Origin: a bacterium
Lineage (GTDB): Bacteria > Bacteroidota > Bacteroidia > CAILMK01 > JACPUW01
Length of the DNA stretch: 56,963 nt
NCBI GenBank assembly: GCA_016124515.1
Contig: WGNN01000024.1
Location: forward strand, 1-56,963
Direction of reading: 5' to 3'
Position 1 is the stretch's first letter. Every line of letters starts with the position of its first letter. The notes beneath the pieces were generated by a model. It searched no databases. It was not told where the DNA came from and saw only the letters and a program-made list of their open reading frames with translations. This document shows positions 53,428 through 56,963 of the stretch, in pieces. The position numbers were made by a program, and so were the translations under genes.

Positions 53428-54147
53428 TTGAAACACAAATCAGAACTACAATTGAAAGTAATACCAAATATTTCCGTTGACTGTGTGGTCTTCGGATATA
53501 ATGGCAAAGATGTTGACGTTTTGCTCATAAAGCAAAAAAAGGCATCAAAGGACTCAAATGCGCAGTATGCCCTTCCCGGCAACTTGGTATTTGTCGATGA
53601 AAACCTTGATGATGCGGCCTCACGTGTATTGAAGGACCTTACCCAACTTGAAGGAATTTTCTTAAAGCAATTCCACACCTTTGGCGACCCCAACCGTGTG
53701 AACAACCCCAAAGACCGAGCATGGCTTACGGCAGTTCGCGAATTTCCGAATGAGCGTGTTATCACGGTGGCCTACTACTCGCTGGTGAGTATTGACGACT
53801 ACGAACCCCGCCCCTCAGAATTTGCCGAAGCATCGGAATGGGTACCGCTGAAGAAACTTCCGCCCCTGGCTTTTGACCATGACAAAATTCTGAACGAAGC
53901 CATTGCCACCCTTCGCAACGAATTGATTACAAAAAACATAGGCTTTGAATTGCTCCCCAAAAAATTTACCCTTAGTCAGTTGCAGCTTTTGCACGAGATT
54001 ATTTTGGACAAAAAATTTGACAAGCGCAACTTTAGAAAAAGCATGAAAAAGATGTCGCACGTGGTACCCCTTGATGAAAAACAACAGGGCGTGGACCACA
54101 AACCGGCGCAGCTTTTTCAATTTGATCCCAATAAAGTGGATGAATAA
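53428..54147 (+). CDS. NrtR-family (Nudix-related) transcriptional regulator with a degenerate Nudix box
   Basis: N-terminal Nudix fold (VDCVVFGY...LLIKQ...PGNLVFVDENLDDAASRVLKDLTQL). The C-terminal winged helix is typical of NrtR (FTLSQLQLLHEIILDKKFDKRNFRKSMKK). TTG start; there is no in-frame ATG. Confidence 0.8.
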   Translation: MKHKSELQLKVIPNISVDCVVFGYNGKDVDVLLIKQKKASKDSNAQYALPGNLVFVDENLDDAASRVLKDLTQLEGIFLKQFHTFGDPNRVNNPKDRAWLTAVREFPNERVITVAYYSLVSIDDYEPRPSEFAEASEWVPLKKLPPLAFDHDKILNEAIATLRNELITKNIGFELLPKKFTLSQLQLLHEIILDKKFDKRNFRKSMKKMSHVVPLDEKQQGVDHKPAQLFQFDPNKVDE

Positions 54148-55348
54148 GTTCAGGCGGATTTTGGGGCTTCTTGCTATGGCAGCCACACTTTGTTTTAAAG
54201 CGCAGGCACAGCTTGAAGTGAAACCGGCTTATGACTACGACCAATTGATAAGCCAAACCTTTGTGCAGAAAAATGCGGGGGTGCAGGTGCAGGCGGTTAA
54301 GTACATTGGCGCCAAAGCTGCTATAGGCACATTTGAGTGCAAAATGGTTTATAATGAGTTTATTAAAAGCGGCATTGTACTTACCACAGGCTATTTGAGT
54401 AGCATAGTAGGCCCCAACGAAAGTGGCTACACAAGCGGGCGCAACATGGAGTCGGGGCTGCCTATGCTCGAAAAACTTGCCGGCAACCAAAAAACCTACG
54501 ACGCGGCGGTGTTGGCTTTTGATTTTACCAGCGAAAACGATACTATCTGTTTCAGGTACTGTTTTGCCTCAGAAGAATATCCCGAATATGTGAACCGCAA
54601 CGTGAACGACGTATTTGGCTTTTATCTGATTGATTTGGAAACCGGTGAAATAAAAAACCTGGCCACCTTGCCTGACGGCAAAACCCCTATTTGTGTAGAT
54701 GCCATCAACCACCTGAAAAACAAGGAGTATTTTGTGCTCAACGGACTTTGGGAAAAAGACAATATACGCAAATGGCAAAACGACCGCGTAAAGGGAGAGT
54801 TGGCCTTACATTTTGGTTTTGATGGCTTTACCACCATTCTCAGCACAGGAAGCCGTGTATTGCCGCAGCACCGCTACCGCCTCATTATGGCCATTGCCGA
54901 TGTGGGAGACGACCTGTATGATTCAGCCATCTTTTTGGAGGCGGGCTCATTTGGCACCGCTTACAACAGTCCATTTCAAAAGCTTTTTGCCAACAGCAAC
55001 AACACGGGCGATGCACAAATTTTCAGCGCCGACAAGGCCATAAACTTTGCTTTTGGCAGTGCCGAAATAAGTGCGCAATCAAAACCATTTTTAGATTCAC
55101 TGGCACAGATGGTACTCAACGGCAATTTGGAAAAGCTGGAAATTATTGGTCATACCGACTCGGTGGGCACCAATGCCAACAACATGGCCCTTTCGCTACA
55201 GCGAGCCGAGGCGGTAAAATCTTATTTGCAAACGCAGGGAGTAAGCAGCAAGCTGCTCATAGCCAGCGGCAAAGGCGAATTGGAACCACTTGCCACCACA
55301 AATGATGAAAAAAACAGGCGTGTGGAATTCAGGTTTTTTCTGAAATAA
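54140..55348 (+). CDS. OmpA-family protein with an N-terminal choice-of-anchor-L-like domain
   Basis: Signal peptide MNKFRRILGLLAMAATLCFKAQAQ at ATG 54140 (8-nt overlap with the regulator gene; the track ORF starts at 54071). N-terminal domain motifs GIVLTTG, FDFTSENDTICFRYCFASEEYPEY and DVFGFYL. C-terminal OmpA_C domain (IIGHTDSVGTNANNMALSLQRAEAVKSYL...NRRVEFRF). Confidence 0.8.
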   Translation: MNKFRRILGLLAMAATLCFKAQAQLEVKPAYDYDQLISQTFVQKNAGVQVQAVKYIGAKAAIGTFECKMVYNEFIKSGIVLTTGYLSSIVGPNESGYTSGRNMESGLPMLEKLAGNQKTYDAAVLAFDFTSENDTICFRYCFASEEYPEYVNRNVNDVFGFYLIDLETGEIKNLATLPDGKTPICVDAINHLKNKEYFVLNGLWEKDNIRKWQNDRVKGELALHFGFDGFTTILSTGSRVLPQHRYRLIMAIADVGDDLYDSAIFLEAGSFGTAYNSPFQKLFANSNNTGDAQIFSADKAINFAFGSAEISAQSKPFLDSLAQMVLNGNLEKLEIIGHTDSVGTNANNMALSLQRAEAVKSYLQTQGVSSKLLIASGKGELEPLATTNDEKNRRVEFRFFLK

Positions 55349-55415
55349 TGAGCAGGCATTTTTAGCCCAAAAACAGGGCGCATTGAATATGTGCCAATAT
55401 ATTCGGCCATTGATT

Positions 55416-56963
55416 ATGAAGAATGAGGACAACCATAGATTGATAGCATTTTTAGAGGCTTGTTACAAATCTGACAACCGGGAGCAATTGCTATACAATT
55501 ACCAGGGCAATACGGTAGAGCATAAAAAGATGTTGACCGATACTGAGTTGCTGACCGGCGATTTGGCTTTTTTGCCACTGACAGCGAATTACGGCGAAAA
55601 ACTGGCTCTTGAACTCAGCAGCTATCGCTTTGAAAAAGCACTTTATCTACTGCCTTTCTTTTTAACCGGAGGAAAAACCACCGATGGCAAAACCGTTTGC
55701 GCCCCCTTGTTTTTCATTCCGGCCAACTTGGCTTTTGAGGATGAGATGTATAAAATATATCCCGAATTTGAGAACACACAAGTAAATCCGGCCTTTTTCA
55801 GGCTTATTGAAGCCACTGATGAAGACGATGTGAGCAGTATTGCCGAAATGCTTAACCTACTTAATGGAGATGCATTAACTTTTGAAAAAGTGGCTAAAAT
55901 GCAGCGCTTGTTGCAAAAGCGTTACCCGGCTCTCCACAGCAACGATATGTTGTTGTATCCCAACCTTGCCTCTAAAATTCAAAGTACAGGCGCTGCGCAA
56001 TTAAAAGTTGTGTCATGTTGCGGAATGGGCATTTTAAGAAAATCATCGCATACGGTGCATGTGCAAAAGGAGCTGGAAAGCCTGGTTCAATCAAAGTTCC
56101 TGTCGCCGCCGCTTCGCCAGTTTTTGCAACTGGACAAAGGCAGCGAAAAGCCGTTGGATAAAGACGAGCTGAAGCTGGTTCCTGCCATGCTAAACAAGGC
56201 ACAGTTGAACGCTATTGACCATGCGAAAAAATATAGCAGCAGCGTGGTAATAGGCCCACCGGGCACGGGCAAATCATACACCATTGCGGCAATGGCCGTG
56301 GAAGCAGCCATGCAGGGGAAATCAGTACTCATTACTTCGGCCAAAAACCAAGCGGTGGATGTGGTGAAGCACAAAATTGAAAATGATTTTGGCATACAAG
56401 ACCTGTGCATGCGGGCGGGCGGCAAAGGCGACTACAAAGCCGATTTTAAACGCCGTTTTGAAAACCTGCTCAATGGAATTGGTATTGAAATGGTTGACCA
56501 AAATGAACTGCAATCGTTAATGTCTGACTTGAACAAAACCAATAAACGCATTGCACAACTGGAGCGTGAATACGAAAAAGCCGGCATACAGGCCATTAAA
56601 CTCGGAAAACGCTTGCAGCGAAATACAAAAGGCTTGTGGGCCTACATAGCCGCAAAGACCAGTAAGTGGGCCATGAACAAATATGCGCCCATGTGGCAGA
56701 CCCTCCCCGAGTTGGAAGCACTTTATCCTGAAAAACTTGAGCTGCTCAAGAAAATAATCCAGCTCAGGTTTAAGCACAATGTGTTTCTGACCATGCGCAA
56801 AAGAAGAAACATGGTTAAGGTTTTTGCCGCCGCATTGCGTGCCCGAACCATTCAAACCAAGGAAGCACGCTTTAGCCAAGTCGATTTTTCACAGCTCAAA
56901 ACCGCCTTTCCAATATGGTTGGTCAACCTATCAGAGTGTGCCAATGTGCTGCCGCTTAGCCAA
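55416..56963 (+). CDS. Superfamily-1 helicase, Upf1/Dna2-like (AAA_11 type), 5' partial; runs off the window end
   Basis: Not in the ORF track because no stop is reached. My own translation is open from 55344 to 56963, with ATG at 55416 (alternative 55389). Motif I VVIGPPGTGKSYTI and motif Ia ITSAKNQAVDVV are followed by a long coiled-coil insertion as in AAA_11. They are preceded by a ~270-aa N-domain (…ALYLLPFFLTGG…CAPLFFIPANLAFE…). Confidence 0.8.
   Translation, partial: MKNEDNHRLIAFLEACYKSDNREQLLYNYQGNTVEHKKMLTDTELLTGDLAFLPLTANYGEKLALELSSYRFEKALYLLPFFLTGGKTTDGKTVCAPLFFIPANLAFEDEMYKIYPEFENTQVNPAFFRLIEATDEDDVSSIAEMLNLLNGDALTFEKVAKMQRLLQKRYPALHSNDMLLYPNLASKIQSTGAAQLKVVSCCGMGILRKSSHTVHVQKELESLVQSKFLSPPLRQFLQLDKGSEKPLDKDELKLVPAMLNKAQLNAIDHAKKYSSSVVIGPPGTGKSYTIAAMAVEAAMQGKSVLITSAKNQAVDVVKHKIENDFGIQDLCMRAGGKGDYKADFKRRFENLLNGIGIEMVDQNELQSLMSDLNKTNKRIAQLEREYEKAGIQAIKLGKRLQRNTKGLWAYIAAKTSKWAMNKYAPMWQTLPELEALYPEKLELLKKIIQLRFKHNVFLTMRKRRNMVKVFAAALRARTIQTKEARFSQVDFSQLKTAFPIWLVNLSECANVLPLSQ

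Noticed and set aside
1-56963. Scan for tRNA/rRNA genes, transposases, integrases, phage genes, cas genes, reverse transcriptases and toxin-antitoxin pairs
   Set aside because: None was recognisable in any long ORF or intergenic region. Non-coding gaps above 150 bp are explained by repeats, terminators or divergent promoters. A small structured RNA cannot be excluded without a covariance-model search.

Overview
56.9-kb chromosomal window that looks like Bacteroidota. The evidence is both type-A and type-B T9SS C-terminal sorting domains, periplasmic-TPR/HisKA_2 kinases paired with LytTR regulators, lipoprotein glycoside hydrolases, and many TTG/GTG starts. I count about 47 protein genes. I saw no rRNA, tRNA, CRISPR array, transposase or integrase. 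Order from left to right:
- a mosaic intergenic repeat array
- an ECF sigma / RskA anti-sigma pair followed by a six-CHRD-domain T9SS protein
- a 37-bp tandem array filling a divergent promoter region
- GH10 xylanase, YceI and TonB-C genes
- a low-GC ~5.3-kb island (T9SS-CTD protein, TPR kinase, LytTR regulator, DUF2007, Zn-ribbon mini-protein), closed by an inverted copy of the mosaic repeat
- PBP4, glycerate kinase and hydroxyacid dehydrogenase
- OmpA and esterase genes
- a 2062-aa PKD adhesin with a type-B CTD
- a 13.7-kb tightly packed minus-strand string: two T9SS-CTD paralogues, a MacB-type ABC exporter plus adaptor, a second TPR-kinase/LytTR pair, a membrane/TPR protein split by one in-frame TAA, 5-FTHF cyclo-ligase and a DprE1-like oxidase
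- dnaG
- a maltose/alpha-glucan cluster without SusC/D (MFS, 2x GH13, GH65, pgmB, BadF-type kinase) with a divergent degenerate-Nudix NrtR-like regulator
- an OmpA-family protein
- an Upf1-like SF1 helicase, absent from the ORF track because it runs off the right edge.
The best novelty candidates are the duplicated T9SS-cargo/TPR-kinase/LytTR module (one copy surrounding a MacB exporter that has no outer-membrane factor gene), the two repeat systems, the low-GC island and the truncated helicase. All functional calls come from motif recognition by eye; no searches were run.
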